This document shows positions 38,063 through 47,795 of a DNA stretch of 64,000 nucleotides, in pieces. Source of the stretch: an uncultured Solirubrobacteraceae bacterium. Its GTDB lineage: Bacteria > Actinomycetota > Thermoleophilia > Solirubrobacterales > Solirubrobacteraceae. The stretch spans positions 244,885 to 308,884 of the forward strand of contig CAVTIF010000001.1 of NCBI GenBank assembly GCA_963734755.1, in the 5' to 3' direction. How positions within the stretch are numbered: the first letter of the stretch is position 1; each line of letters begins with the position of its first letter. A program made the translations under genes and the position numbers. The notes under the pieces were generated by a model, which made no database searches, was not told the DNA's origin, and saw only the letters and a program-made list of their open reading frames with translations.

Positions 38063-38116
38063 GCACGCCACGTTATGGCCCCGAGGCGAGCCGATCGCTG
38101 CTGAGCTCGGTTACAG

Positions 38117-39361
38117 TCAGCTGAGCGTGAGTTTGAGCGTTTCTCCTTTGGCGGGCGCGGCGGGCCGCTTGAAGGCGATCGTGAGCTTCGGCGGTGCGGC
38201 GGTGATGTCGACGGTGAACTGCAGGTAGCCGTAGTCGACGATCGGCTTCTTGCGCAGCTCGAATCCGGCCCATTTGACCGGCAGTTTCACTTTTTTGGGG
38301 TGGCCGAGGCCGTAGCCGCCGCTGCCGGCGATCAGGTAGGGGATGTCGTGACCGCCGGTGACGCGGTGCCAGCGCTCGTACAGGTGGGCGTGGCCGGAGA
38401 TCACGGCGTCTGGCCAGAGGCCGGTGGCTTCGAACGCGTGATCGAGGTCGGTTGTGAGGTACGCGCTGCCGCCGTGCGTGTCGTCGATCGATGCGGGCGG
38501 GTGATGGCAGGCGATGATCACGGCGCGTTCTTTGGCCTCTCGTTCGGGCTTCAGGCGGGCGAGCTCGCGCTTGAGAAATTCCAGCTGGCCGGTTCCGATC
38601 CTGGCGGCGGCTTCGGCGTTCTGGAGTTTGTTTGGCGAGATGATGCCTGGCCCCTCGAGCACGTTCGTGTACAGGCCGATGATCGACACGAACGGGGCGT
38701 CGAGCGTGAAGTAGACGCCCGGCTGGTCCATCGTTTCTCGCTGGATGCCTCCCGAGTCGGGTGACTGGCCGGGGACCTTGGCGCAGAAGTTGGTCAGGAA
38801 GCCGGTCAGGCTGGGCTCGGTCGATTGTTCTTTGTGGCGTCGGTCGATGACGATGCCGTCGTGATTGCCGGGGATCGCGAAGATCGGCCGGTCGTAGGCG
38901 CGGAACGGGCTGTAGAACTGTTCGTAGTACTTTTTGTCTTCGCCGAAGAAGTAGACGACGTCGCCGAGGTGAAACAGGAACTCGGGCGAGGGCCCGCTGG
39001 CGGTGAGGTCGCTGATCATCGAGTCGATCACCGATTCCTGGTGGGGGGCGGTCGACTGATTGACATCGCCTGTGTCGCCGACGGCGTGGAAGGAGATCTT
39101 TTTGCTCTCGGTGATCTGCTCGACGGCTTGCGCTCCGATCACGTCGGCGAGCGCCATGCGCGGCTCAACGAGCCGTGGTGGCGGCACTTGCAGCAGTTCT
39201 TCTTCTTCGCCCGGCTTCAGGCCTTCGCCGTCGAGCTGAAAGGTCTGCGCGGTCGAGCCGGGGCGCGGATCGGCGAAGATCCGCGCCGCTTCCTGGCCGC
39301 TTCGAGAACTCCGTTGGCTGTGCATCGATCCCCCTGGCGGTAGTCGTTGCGGCAGAGCCAA
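38117..39361 (-). CDS. Calcineurin-like metallophosphoesterase
   Basis: GDTG, HLGDVVY, PGNHD, HHP, SGHAHLYER. Confidence 0.9.
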   Translation of the reverse strand: MALPQRLPPGGSMHSQRSSRSGQEAARIFADPRPGSTAQTFQLDGEGLKPGEEEELLQVPPPRLVEPRMALADVIGAQAVEQITESKKISFHAVGDTGDVNQSTAPHQESVIDSMISDLTASGPSPEFLFHLGDVVYFFGEDKKYYEQFYSPFRAYDRPIFAIPGNHDGIVIDRRHKEQSTEPSLTGFLTNFCAKVPGQSPDSGGIQRETMDQPGVYFTLDAPFVSIIGLYTNVLEGPGIISPNKLQNAEAAARIGTGQLEFLKRELARLKPEREAKERAVIIACHHPPASIDDTHGGSAYLTTDLDHAFEATGLWPDAVISGHAHLYERWHRVTGGHDIPYLIAGSGGYGLGHPKKVKLPVKWAGFELRKKPIVDYGYLQFTVDITAAPPKLTIAFKRPAAPAKGETLKLTLS

Positions 39362-39538
39362 CGTGTCGACCTTGCCGCTCGCGTCACGGTTACGTATCTC
39401 ACGATTTCTTCACCCGCCGGTGGGCGGGGTCGGAGCGACCCTATACCTACGGTCCCAGAGTGTCAACTAACCGAATTTGCCGGCTGGAGTGAACAGGATG
39501 TGAATCGCGCTGACCCGAGCGTGGCACTGTCCCGTTGC

Positions 39539-39922
39539 TCAGCTCGTGATCGCGCCGACCTGATCTGAGTAGAAGGCGACCCTGTCCTTGATCTGGGCGA
39601 CCGCGGGGAACGGCTCGCGGTACCTCCACACGGCATTCACCCCGCGCTGTCCGCCGATCGCGATCGAGTAGTAGCTGCAATCGCCCTTGTACGGGCAGTA
39701 GGTCGTGTGGTCGCTCGCCTCGAGCAGCGACATGTCGACGTCTGCGAGCGGGATGTACTGCACCGGCCGGTAGTCGGCCTCACGCAGCGTGAGCGCGTCA
39801 TGCGTGTCGGCGATCGTGAGGCCTGCGACGGTCACGAGGACGCGCGCTGCGTTCGGCTCGATCGTGATCGGGTGCTCTGGCCCAGGCTGCATGACCGGCT
39901 TGGTCGTCTGCTCGTTTGCCAT
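39539..39922 (-). CDS. DUF427 domain protein
   Basis: YIP..DVDM, TYCPYKGDCSYYS, VWRY..P. Confidence 0.88.
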   Translation of the reverse strand: MANEQTTKPVMQPGPEHPITIEPNAARVLVTVAGLTIADTHDALTLREADYRPVQYIPLADVDMSLLEASDHTTYCPYKGDCSYYSIAIGGQRGVNAVWRYREPFPAVAQIKDRVAFYSDQVGAITS

Positions 39923-40082
39923 CGTGCTCGCTGCCTTTCTGTATTTTCGATTATGAGGGGTTGCGGTCGGTTTGCCGGCGCGCGTCGCCAGGGTTGCGTC
40001 GGGCGGTGGCGGACGTCGGCGGTCACACCCGCCGTGCGGCCTCCGTCGACCGCGATGACCGGCTCGTCGCTACGCTTGACGG

Positions 40083-40589
40083 ATGGACCAGGCCGAGCTG
40101 CGCGCTGTCCAGGCACCGATCAAGGAGCGCTACAAGGGCGAGCCGCAGGCGGCGCGGATAACGCTGTCGGCGACGGGCAGTCTGGGCGAGGGCGTGTCGT
40201 GCTCGGTGCGGACGGGCCGGGCGATCGCGCAGGCCGGACTGCACCCGGCGTCAGGTGGCGACGGCTCGGAGCTGTGCTCTGGCGACATGCTGCTCGAGGC
40301 GCTGGTCGCGTGTGCCGGAGTGACGCTGCGGGCTGTCGCGACGTCGCTGGGGATCGCGGTCAGCTCTGGCGAGGTGTGCGCCGAGGGCGACCTCGACTTT
40401 CGCGGGACGCTGGGAGTCGACCGCGATGCGCGGGTCGGGTTCTCGGCGATCCGCCTGTCGTTCGACCTCGACTCGGATGCCGATGAGGAGCAGTTGGCGA
40501 CGCTCGAGCGCCTGACGGAGCGCTACTGCGTCGTCTACCAGACGCTCGCGAGCGCGCCGGCACTGACCACGACGATCGACCGTGCGTAG
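40083..40589 (+). CDS. OsmC family protein
   Basis: CSGDMLLEALVACAGVT, RYCVVYQTL. Confidence 0.9.
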   Translation: MDQAELRAVQAPIKERYKGEPQAARITLSATGSLGEGVSCSVRTGRAIAQAGLHPASGGDGSELCSGDMLLEALVACAGVTLRAVATSLGIAVSSGEVCAEGDLDFRGTLGVDRDARVGFSAIRLSFDLDSDADEEQLATLERLTERYCVVYQTLASAPALTTTIDRA

Positions 40590-40612
40590 GCGCGGGCGGC
40601 TGGCGGCGCGCC

Positions 40613-40641
40613 TTGACTAGCTCCAGTGCCTGGGCTAAGTT
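40613..40641 (+). promoter_or_regulatory. Housekeeping sigma-70-type promoter for the aryl-ligase operon
   Basis: TTGACT-N17-TAAGTT; overlapped by a long imperfect inverted repeat at 40619-40672. Confidence 0.6.
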
Positions 40642-40850
40642 TTGTGTAAGAACGGAAAGCCCCGGCTGGAGCTGTGCTCCTGCGGGGACATGGGACATAG
40701 GCCACGGACGGAATATGTGCAACGTGATCACCCGCCCAACCATGACGGACGATCCCCAAGCCGGCTCCGCGTCGAGGATCGAGAGCTGGCTGTACGCCAT
40801 GGGTTCCCACGCGACAGAGGCTTGCGCCGGATTGCGCACGAGGTAGAGAG

Positions 40851-41579
40851 ATGATCGTGGCCGACCGCCTGACGGAGCTCCATTTCAACGCGCAGCACGA
40901 GGCTACGGCCGAGCTCGAGCGCGTGGAGGTCGCGCGTCTGGACCCATTCCTTCGGGGCTTGCTGTTCACCGATGGAACGGTGTCTCGCGTGCTGGAGGCG
41001 CAGACGCTGACGCCGGTCACGCTGGAGGCGGTCGAGCAGGCGCGGACCACAGCGCCCGCGCGCGCCGCCCGCTACCTGGACGTGGGTGAGGGCGAGGAGT
41101 GCGTCAGGCGACGCGTGGTGATGACGATCGCCGGCCCTTCCCCGTCGGTGTGGGCGGAGTCCTACGTCCTCCCAAGCAGGCTGCCCGCGGATTTTGTCGG
41201 CGTGCTCGACAGCAGCTCACATGGCATCGGCGGCTCACTGCGGCAGCTCAAGCTGGAGAGCTGGCGCGAGCTGCTGTGGTTCGGGCTCGGTGCCCCGCCG
41301 CCATGGTCGGAGGATCAGGCGACGGCGATCGCCCTGACACGCGTCTACCGGATCATCACCAAGCGCTTGCCGGCGCTGCTGATCTCTGAGGCGTTCGCGG
41401 TCGAGCTGCATCTCGGCGAGTATCGGCTGGCGGGTGCGAGCAGGCCGCTCGCCGACCCGGCGGGCGCGAGCAGGCCGCTCGCCGACCCGGCGGGTGCGAC
41501 CACGCAGCCACGCTTGCGGACGAGGATCATCGTCGGCGATCGCAGTGCCCGCGGCGGCGCGGCATCGGCTTCGGACTGA
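40851..41579 (+). CDS. Chorismate pyruvate-lyase family protein (Rv2949c/UbiC-like fold)
   Basis: LLFTDGTVSRVLEA, RRVVM...VWAESYV...RLP...IG..L...KLESWRELL; 30-bp duplication near the C-terminus (41430-41489). Confidence 0.75.
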   Translation: MIVADRLTELHFNAQHEATAELERVEVARLDPFLRGLLFTDGTVSRVLEAQTLTPVTLEAVEQARTTAPARAARYLDVGEGEECVRRRVVMTIAGPSPSVWAESYVLPSRLPADFVGVLDSSSHGIGGSLRQLKLESWRELLWFGLGAPPPWSEDQATAIALTRVYRIITKRLPALLISEAFAVELHLGEYRLAGASRPLADPAGASRPLADPAGATTQPRLRTRIIVGDRSARGGAASASD

Positions 41580-41580
41580 G

Positions 41581-44427
41581 ATGAGCGTTGCCGAGCGCCG
41601 AAACGCCAGCCAGCTAGTCGACCGAAACCTAGAAGCCGGGCGTGGCGCCAACATCGCCTACCTCACGCGCGGCGAGTCGCTGAGCTATGAGGGGCTGTAC
41701 CGCCGGGTCAACCGCATGGGCCACCTGCTGCAGGGCCTTGGGCTGCGGCGCGAGCAGCGGGTGCTGCTGGTGCTCGACAACACGATCGTGTTTCCGGTCG
41801 CGTTCCTCGGTGCGATGCGGATCGGGGCGGTGCCGGTGCCGGTCAGCGTGCGCGAGACGGACGAGAACTTCAGGCATTTCATCGAGGACTCGGGCGCGCA
41901 GCTGATCGTGTGCGACGCCGCGATGCTGGCGAAACTGCGTGCCGCCCTCCGCGGCCTCGACGTGCGCTATCTCGCTCGCGGCGCAGACGATGGAGCGATC
42001 GAGCTGGAAGCCGCGTTGACGGCCCAGGAGGATGAGCTGCAGGCCGTTGCGACGAACGCCGGCGACATGGCGTTCTGGCTGTACACGTCCGGCTCGACCG
42101 GCAAGCCGAAGGGCGTCGTCCATCTGCACCACACGATCGACGTGACCGGCGAGGCGTTCGGGCGTCAGGTGCTCGGGATGCGCGAGGGCGACCGCGTGTT
42201 CTCGACGACGAAGCTGTATCACGCGTACGGGCTCGGCAACTGCCTCTCCTACACGCTGTACGTGGGCGCGACGGCGGTCCTGCTCGACGGCTCCCCGACG
42301 CCCGAGCGGCTGCTAGCGACGTTGCGCGAGCTGCGCCCGACGATGTACTTCTCGGTGCCCGCGCTGTACCGGCAGCTGGTGGCCGACCGGGATGCTGACG
42401 GGGCGTTCGAGTCCGTGCGCCTGTGTGTGTCGGCCGCCGAGCCGCTGCCGGTACGGACCTACGAGCAGTGGCGCGAGCGCTTCGGGCTGGAGATTGTGGA
42501 CGGGATCGGGTGCACGGAGATGGTCGTGTCCTTCTGCTCTAACCGGCCCGGCGAGGTCGTCCCGGGAACGACCGGTCGCGCGCTGCCGGGCTATGACATA
42601 CGGCTGACCGACGAGCAGGGCGAGGAGCTGGCGGGCGTGGCGGAGGGCACGATGGAGGTACGCGGAGGCTCCCGTGCCGCGTGCTACTGGAATCAGCCCG
42701 AGCGTACGAGGCGCAACATGCGCGGCGAGTGGTTCGTGACCGGCGACCGTTTCTTGCGTCGCGCGGACGGCACGTACGCCTACCTCGGTCGCGCTGATGA
42801 CATGTTCAAGGTCGGCGGCCTGTGGGTGTCTCCGGTGGACATGGAGCAGGTGCTGCTGGAACACCCTGCGGTGGCGGGCGTGGCGGTCGTCGGCGTGAGC
42901 ATCGACGACTACAGCCGCCTGGCGGCGTTCGTCGAATGCGCGGATGAGGTGAGCGGCGATGACGAGCTGCGGCACGCGTTGCGCTCGTGGTGCGTGGAGC
43001 GTATGCACGACCACGAATACCCGCATCTGATCCGCTTCGTTGACGAGCTGCCGCGAACCCACAACGGCAAGCCCCAGCGCTTCAAGCTGCGGGCGATGAT
43101 CGAAGCCGAGCAGACCTCGAGTGAGCATGCGTCCGGCTCGCTGGCGGACACGCTGGCCGGCCTGCCGCGGGCTGATCGCGACGCGGCTGTGATGGACGTC
43201 GTGCTCGCGCAGATGGCCGCGGTCCTCGGCGAGAGCCCGTTCGTCGCGGCCGACGCCGGGCGCGCGTTCGAGGAGCTCGGATTCGACTCGTTGAGCGCGG
43301 TCGAGCTGCGCAACCGCTTGGGCAACGCTGCGGATCTCGCGCTGCCCTCGACGCTGATCTTCGACTACCCGACGCCGCAGGCCGTCGCCGAACTGCTGCG
43401 CCGGCGGTTGGAAGGGGTCGAGGAGGATTCACCCGAGTGGGGCCGCGCGAACGGACGAGCCGTGGGGGCCGCCGGCGGTGGGAGTGCCGAGCAGGCCTCG
43501 TACACGGTCCGGGCGCTCGACGCGGTTGCGCGGCGCCCGACGCCACCGCGGATGCCCGCGGCTCCGCTGCGGGTGCGCGTCAAGACCTCGCCGTTGCTGC
43601 ACGGCGTTGTGCCGCCGCGCTTGGCGGTGAGCAGGGCCGCGCGCCGTGGGGATGAGATCTGGGAGCACAGCGTCGAAGCGCGCGAGCAGGCGCTGGCCGC
43701 GATGGAGACGATCGTCGCTGGCACCTCCCGCGCAGATGAGCTGGACGCGCTCGCGCGCCGGCACGTGATCGAGGTAGGGATCGGCAGGGCGCTGTTCTGG
43801 CAGCGGCCGTGGTCGGCGAAAGTCGACGCGGTGTCAGCCGCGCGCATACGCCACGCGCTGTCGAGGAACCGCGGGGTGCTGCTCAGCGCCTGCCATGTGG
43901 GCGCGTACTATCGCCTGCAGTGCGCTCCCCCGTTCGAACAGCAGGTCACGTACATCGTCCCCGGCCCGTGGTACTTCGAGCCGCCGAGCGCTGACTACTG
44001 GGGGCGGCGCCTGGCGCGCTGGCACAAAGGGGTGAAGAGCCACCCGGTCCCCGCGAAAGGGTCCTTCCGGATCATCCAGGCGCTGCTCGAGCGGGGTGAG
44101 CCGGTGTTCCTGTTCTTCGATATGCCCGGGCCGCGCGAGACGCGTTTCCTGGGCAAGCGGGCGACGCTCGCGGAAGGCAGCGCGCAGCTGGCCGTGCGCG
44201 CCGACGCACTCGTGCTTCCGCTGCGCGCGCGACGTGTCGGGCACGAGGTGTGGGTGGACGTGGAGGCGTCGATCGACCCGCGCGAGCTCGGCGGCGTGGA
44301 CGATCTCCACGATACGCTCGCCGCGCTGCACGAGCGTTGGATCCTCGAGGATCCGGCCGCGATGGAGGATCCGCGCAACATCGGCTGGGAGCACGGCGCC
44401 ACGGCCGAGGCCTGGGTCAGCCCCTGA
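41581..44427 (+). CDS. Three-domain fusion: benzoate-CoA-ligase-type adenylation domain, PKS-type ACP, LPLAT/HtrB-like acyltransferase
   Basis: FWLYTSGSTGKPKG, YHAYGLGN, DGIGCTE, DDMFKVGG; ELGFDSLSAVELRNRL...IFDYPTP; LLSACHVG, FFDMPG, FLG...LA..ADALVLP. Confidence 0.85.
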   Translation: MSVAERRNASQLVDRNLEAGRGANIAYLTRGESLSYEGLYRRVNRMGHLLQGLGLRREQRVLLVLDNTIVFPVAFLGAMRIGAVPVPVSVRETDENFRHFIEDSGAQLIVCDAAMLAKLRAALRGLDVRYLARGADDGAIELEAALTAQEDELQAVATNAGDMAFWLYTSGSTGKPKGVVHLHHTIDVTGEAFGRQVLGMREGDRVFSTTKLYHAYGLGNCLSYTLYVGATAVLLDGSPTPERLLATLRELRPTMYFSVPALYRQLVADRDADGAFESVRLCVSAAEPLPVRTYEQWRERFGLEIVDGIGCTEMVVSFCSNRPGEVVPGTTGRALPGYDIRLTDEQGEELAGVAEGTMEVRGGSRAACYWNQPERTRRNMRGEWFVTGDRFLRRADGTYAYLGRADDMFKVGGLWVSPVDMEQVLLEHPAVAGVAVVGVSIDDYSRLAAFVECADEVSGDDELRHALRSWCVERMHDHEYPHLIRFVDELPRTHNGKPQRFKLRAMIEAEQTSSEHASGSLADTLAGLPRADRDAAVMDVVLAQMAAVLGESPFVAADAGRAFEELGFDSLSAVELRNRLGNAADLALPSTLIFDYPTPQAVAELLRRRLEGVEEDSPEWGRANGRAVGAAGGGSAEQASYTVRALDAVARRPTPPRMPAAPLRVRVKTSPLLHGVVPPRLAVSRAARRGDEIWEHSVEAREQALAAMETIVAGTSRADELDALARRHVIEVGIGRALFWQRPWSAKVDAVSAARIRHALSRNRGVLLSACHVGAYYRLQCAPPFEQQVTYIVPGPWYFEPPSADYWGRRLARWHKGVKSHPVPAKGSFRIIQALLERGEPVFLFFDMPGPRETRFLGKRATLAEGSAQLAVRADALVLPLRARRVGHEVWVDVEASIDPRELGGVDDLHDTLAALHERWILEDPAAMEDPRNIGWEHGATAEAWVSP

Positions 44428-44465
44428 CGCACTCGGAGCTCGAGCATCACCGCTCGGGAGTCAGC

Positions 44466-45745
44466 TCAGAAGTCTGGCGTGGCGGGCAGCCCGACGTAGT
44501 TCTCGGCGAGCGTGCGCGCGGCGGCGTCCGAGCGTGCGAGGTAGTCCAGTCGCGCGAGCTGCAGCCGCCGCTGGAAGACGCCGCCGCCGAGGTCGTGCAG
44601 CAGCTGGGTCATGTAGTTGGAGAAGTCCTGCGCCTGCCACACGCGGCGCAGCGCGGTCTCGGAGTACGCATCGAGCGCTGAGCTCGAGCCGCCGGTGTGC
44701 CAGTCGGCGATCGCGCCGGCCAGCAGGCGGGCGTCGTTGACCGCCAGGTTGAGGCCCTTGGCGCCGGTGGGGGGGACGATGTGCGCGGCGTCGCCGAGCA
44801 GGAACAGCCGCCCGTGCTGCAGCGGCTCGCACACGAAGCTGCGCATCGGCGTTATGCCCTTCTCGATCAGCGGGCCTTCGTTCACGCGCCAGCCGTCACT
44901 GGCGAGCCGCACTTGCAGCTCCGCCCAGATCCGCTCGTCGGGCCAATCCTCGATCCGCTCGTCGGCCGGCACCTGCAGGTACAGGCGGCTGATGCTCGGC
45001 GAGCGCATCGAGTACAGCGCGAAGCCGCGCTCGTGCCACGCGTAGATCAGCTCGTCGGTGGCGGGCGCCGCTTCTGCGAGGATGCCGAGCCAGCTGAACG
45101 GATACACGTACTCGTGCTCGCTGAGCACGCCGGCCGGGATCGACGGGCGGCAGACGCCGTGGAAGCCGTCGCAGCCGGCGATCAGGTCGCACTCGAGCTC
45201 CTGCGGTGCGCCGTCGTGTGTGTATGTGATGCGAGGCCGCTCGCCGTCGAGTCCGTGGACCGCGATGTCGCGCCCGTGGACCGCGATGTCGAGCTCGTTG
45301 ACCGCGATGTCGCGCCCGTGGACCGCGATGTCGAGCTCGTTGACCGCGCCGTCGAGCCCGTGGACGGCGACGTCGAGACCTCGAACTGCAGCGCACCACC
45401 GTTGCGCAGGCGGGCTGCGATCAGGTCCTTGACGACCTCCTGCTGGCCGTAGATCGTGATCCCCCGGCCGGTCAGCTCGGTCATGTCGATGTGCTGGGTG
45501 CTCCCGGGGTGGCGCAGGTATATGCCGCGGTGCTCGAGGCCCTCGCGCGCAAGCCGCTCGCCGACGCGGAGCTCGTGCAGCAGCGCGACGGTGTTGTGCT
45601 CGAGCAGTCCGGCGCGCACGCGCTGCTCGACGTATGCGCGCGAGCGACTCTCGATGACCACCGACTGGATGCCCGAGCGTTCGAGCATCAGCGCGAGCGT
45701 GAGGCCGGCCGGTCCGGCGCCGACGATGCCGACCTGCGTCCTCAA
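44466..45745 (-). CDS. pobA: 4-hydroxybenzoate 3-monooxygenase; 1-nt frameshift near 45378 and a 35-aa repeat insertion
   Basis: RTQVGIVGAGPAGL, RVRAGLLE, YGQQEVVKDL, IAGCDGFHGVCR, GDAAHIVPPTGAKGLNLA, AENYVGLP. Confidence 0.9.
45253..45378. repeat. 6 x 21-bp tandem repeat inside pobA
   Basis: Alternating units encoding VHGRDIA / VNELDIA. Confidence 0.92.
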
Positions 45746-45835
45746 GGGCCGAGCATATAACACGCCACACGGTGCTTTGGAGGGCGTATCGTTCGGCGAT
45801 CACCGAACAGTCTTCGAGCGGGCAGGAGGAGAACA

Positions 45836-46723
45836 GTGAGCGCAACTGAGTCAGAGCTCTCGACGAGCGCCAACGACGAGGCGATCCGAGCGTGGGATGG
45901 GCCGCTGTATGACCGTTTCGTCCGCTTCCGCGAGATCCTGACCACTGGGCTCGGCGCCCACGGTGAGGAGGCGCTGCGCATGTATCCGCCGATAGCGGGG
46001 CAGCGGGTGCTCGACATCGGCTGCGGCTTCGGCGACACGACCCAGCGGATCGCCGCACTGGTCGGTGCGGATGGCGAGGCGGTCGGCGTGGACGCGGCGC
46101 CACGCTTCATCGAGGACGCGATCCGCGAGGCGGACGAGCAGCACGTGGCGAACGCCCGCTTCCTGGTCGCCGACCCGCAGGAGTCGCTACTGGGGGAGGG
46201 TGGCTTCGATCTCGCGTTCTCGCGCTTCGGCACGATGTTCTTCGCCAACCCGGTCGCCGCGATGCGCAACGTGCGCCACGCGCTGGTGCCCGGCGGGCAG
46301 CTGTTGATGGTCGTGTGGCGCCGGCGGATGGACAACGAGTGGATGTACCGCGCGCAGACGATCGTCGAGGGGATCGTGGAGCGCCCGGAGGAGTACGACG
46401 AGCCGACCTGCGGGCCGGGGCCGTTCTCGATGGCCGACGCGGACACCACGAGCGACGTCCTGCTGGGCGCTGGCTTCGCCGATGTGACGCTGCGCCGCTG
46501 CGATCTGCCGATCGTGATCGGCCGCGACCTCGACGAAGCGATCGAGCTGGTGATGGCGCTCGGCCCGGCCGGTGAGATCCTGCGCCTGGCCGGCGACCGG
46601 GCGGCCCACCTGCACGGTCGCGTCGAGGCGGCCCTGCGCGAGGGCCTCGGTGAACTTGCGGTCGACGGGGAGCTGCGAGCCCGGGCGTCCACGTGGATCG
46701 TGTCGGCGAGCGTGCCGAGCTAG
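45836..46723 (+). CDS. Class I SAM methyltransferase
   Basis: VLDIGCGFG, FSRFGTMFF.NP, PGPFSMAD. Confidence 0.9.
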   Translation: MSATESELSTSANDEAIRAWDGPLYDRFVRFREILTTGLGAHGEEALRMYPPIAGQRVLDIGCGFGDTTQRIAALVGADGEAVGVDAAPRFIEDAIREADEQHVANARFLVADPQESLLGEGGFDLAFSRFGTMFFANPVAAMRNVRHALVPGGQLLMVVWRRRMDNEWMYRAQTIVEGIVERPEEYDEPTCGPGPFSMADADTTSDVLLGAGFADVTLRRCDLPIVIGRDLDEAIELVMALGPAGEILRLAGDRAAHLHGRVEAALREGLGELAVDGELRARASTWIVSASVPS

Positions 46724-46801
46724 CGACGGCTGCGGTGATCGGCGGCACGTGCGCTCGCCGCCGATCACCGCATTTATACCTGCCGTCGGTCTCGTCTGAG
46801 C

Positions 46802-47647
46802 TCAGCCTTTCAGCGAGTGAAATTCACCGAGCGGGTTCGCCAGCATCGGTGTGAACGGTTCGAACTTGTACGGCTTGGTCGTGTCGAACCCGGCTTTTTC
46901 GGCGGCTGACTTTTCGGCGAACGGCAGCAGCGCCTGGACCGCTTGGCCGATGTTCTTCAGCAGCAGCGTGCGCTCGTAGCCGTTGTTGTTCGGCGGGTCG
47001 ACCGACTCGGCCGTCTTCTGAATGCCGGTGATCTGCTCGATTGGGCCACCGTCGCTGCCGGCGACGCCCGGCCCGACGACCCGCGCGAGCGTGCGGTGGT
47101 CGGACTCGATGCCCATGATCCTGGCGGCGGTGACGCGCAGGTCGGCGGTGCTGAAGTCGCGTACGCCGATGAGATACGCGGCGATGAACGCGTCCTCGAG
47201 CGTCACGAGGATGTTCAGCGTCGTCTGTGCGTCGGCGAACATCTTCGGCGGGTAGTAGAACATCGTGAACGGTGTTGGCTTCTTGGTCAGGCTTTGCTCG
47301 AGCAGGTAGTGGGACATCTCCTCCTGCACAGCCGCCTTCAGGTAACCCTGGTCGTCGGCCTCGAGGTTCTTGAAGAACGGCGCGGTGTTGATGATGTTGG
47401 TGTACGTCGTGACCGCCAGCGCCTCGGCGATCTGGGCTGCTTTGAGGATCTGCAGGTCGCCGTGCGTCAGCCCCTTCGGCCTGCCCTTGGCGAACGCCGC
47501 GGCGGGACCGAGCACCCCAAGGCCGGTGGCGCCCGCGCCGGCGACGGCGGCTCCCTTGAGGAACCCCTTGCGCGTCGTCGGTGCGCTCCAGCTGTCGCCG
47601 GTCGCGGTCGCTGCTGCAACTTCGGATCGGTCGTGCGTGCTGTCCAT
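46802..47647 (-). CDS. Tat-signal ferritin-like protein (third in the window)
   Basis: TRKGFLKGA, EALAVTTY, QEEMSH, LEDAFIAAY, IESDH. Confidence 0.8.
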   Translation of the reverse strand: MDSTHDRSEVAAATATGDSWSAPTTRKGFLKGAAVAGAGATGLGVLGPAAAFAKGRPKGLTHGDLQILKAAQIAEALAVTTYTNIINTAPFFKNLEADDQGYLKAAVQEEMSHYLLEQSLTKKPTPFTMFYYPPKMFADAQTTLNILVTLEDAFIAAYLIGVRDFSTADLRVTAARIMGIESDHRTLARVVGPGVAGSDGGPIEQITGIQKTAESVDPPNNNGYERTLLLKNIGQAVQALLPFAEKSAAEKAGFDTTKPYKFEPFTPMLANPLGEFHSLKG

Positions 47648-47795
47648 CTCTCTGGCTCCTTTGATCTCAACTGCGGCGTGCCGTGATCACGCCGGTGCGG
47701 GCACCGGGCGCGATGCCTGGGGACGACGGCACACACCGCCCCGAGACTCCTGCCTGTGCGGCCGCCCCATCAACCACGGCCGCGTGTATCTGTGA

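Larger units (their letters stand above)
24606..38100. mobile_element. tRNA-Ser-anchored genomic island / cassette array (right boundary uncertain)
   Basis: Starts at the tRNA 3' end; contains repeated tRNA-3'-like sites, many TA modules and pseudogenes, and no recombinase. Confidence 0.7.
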
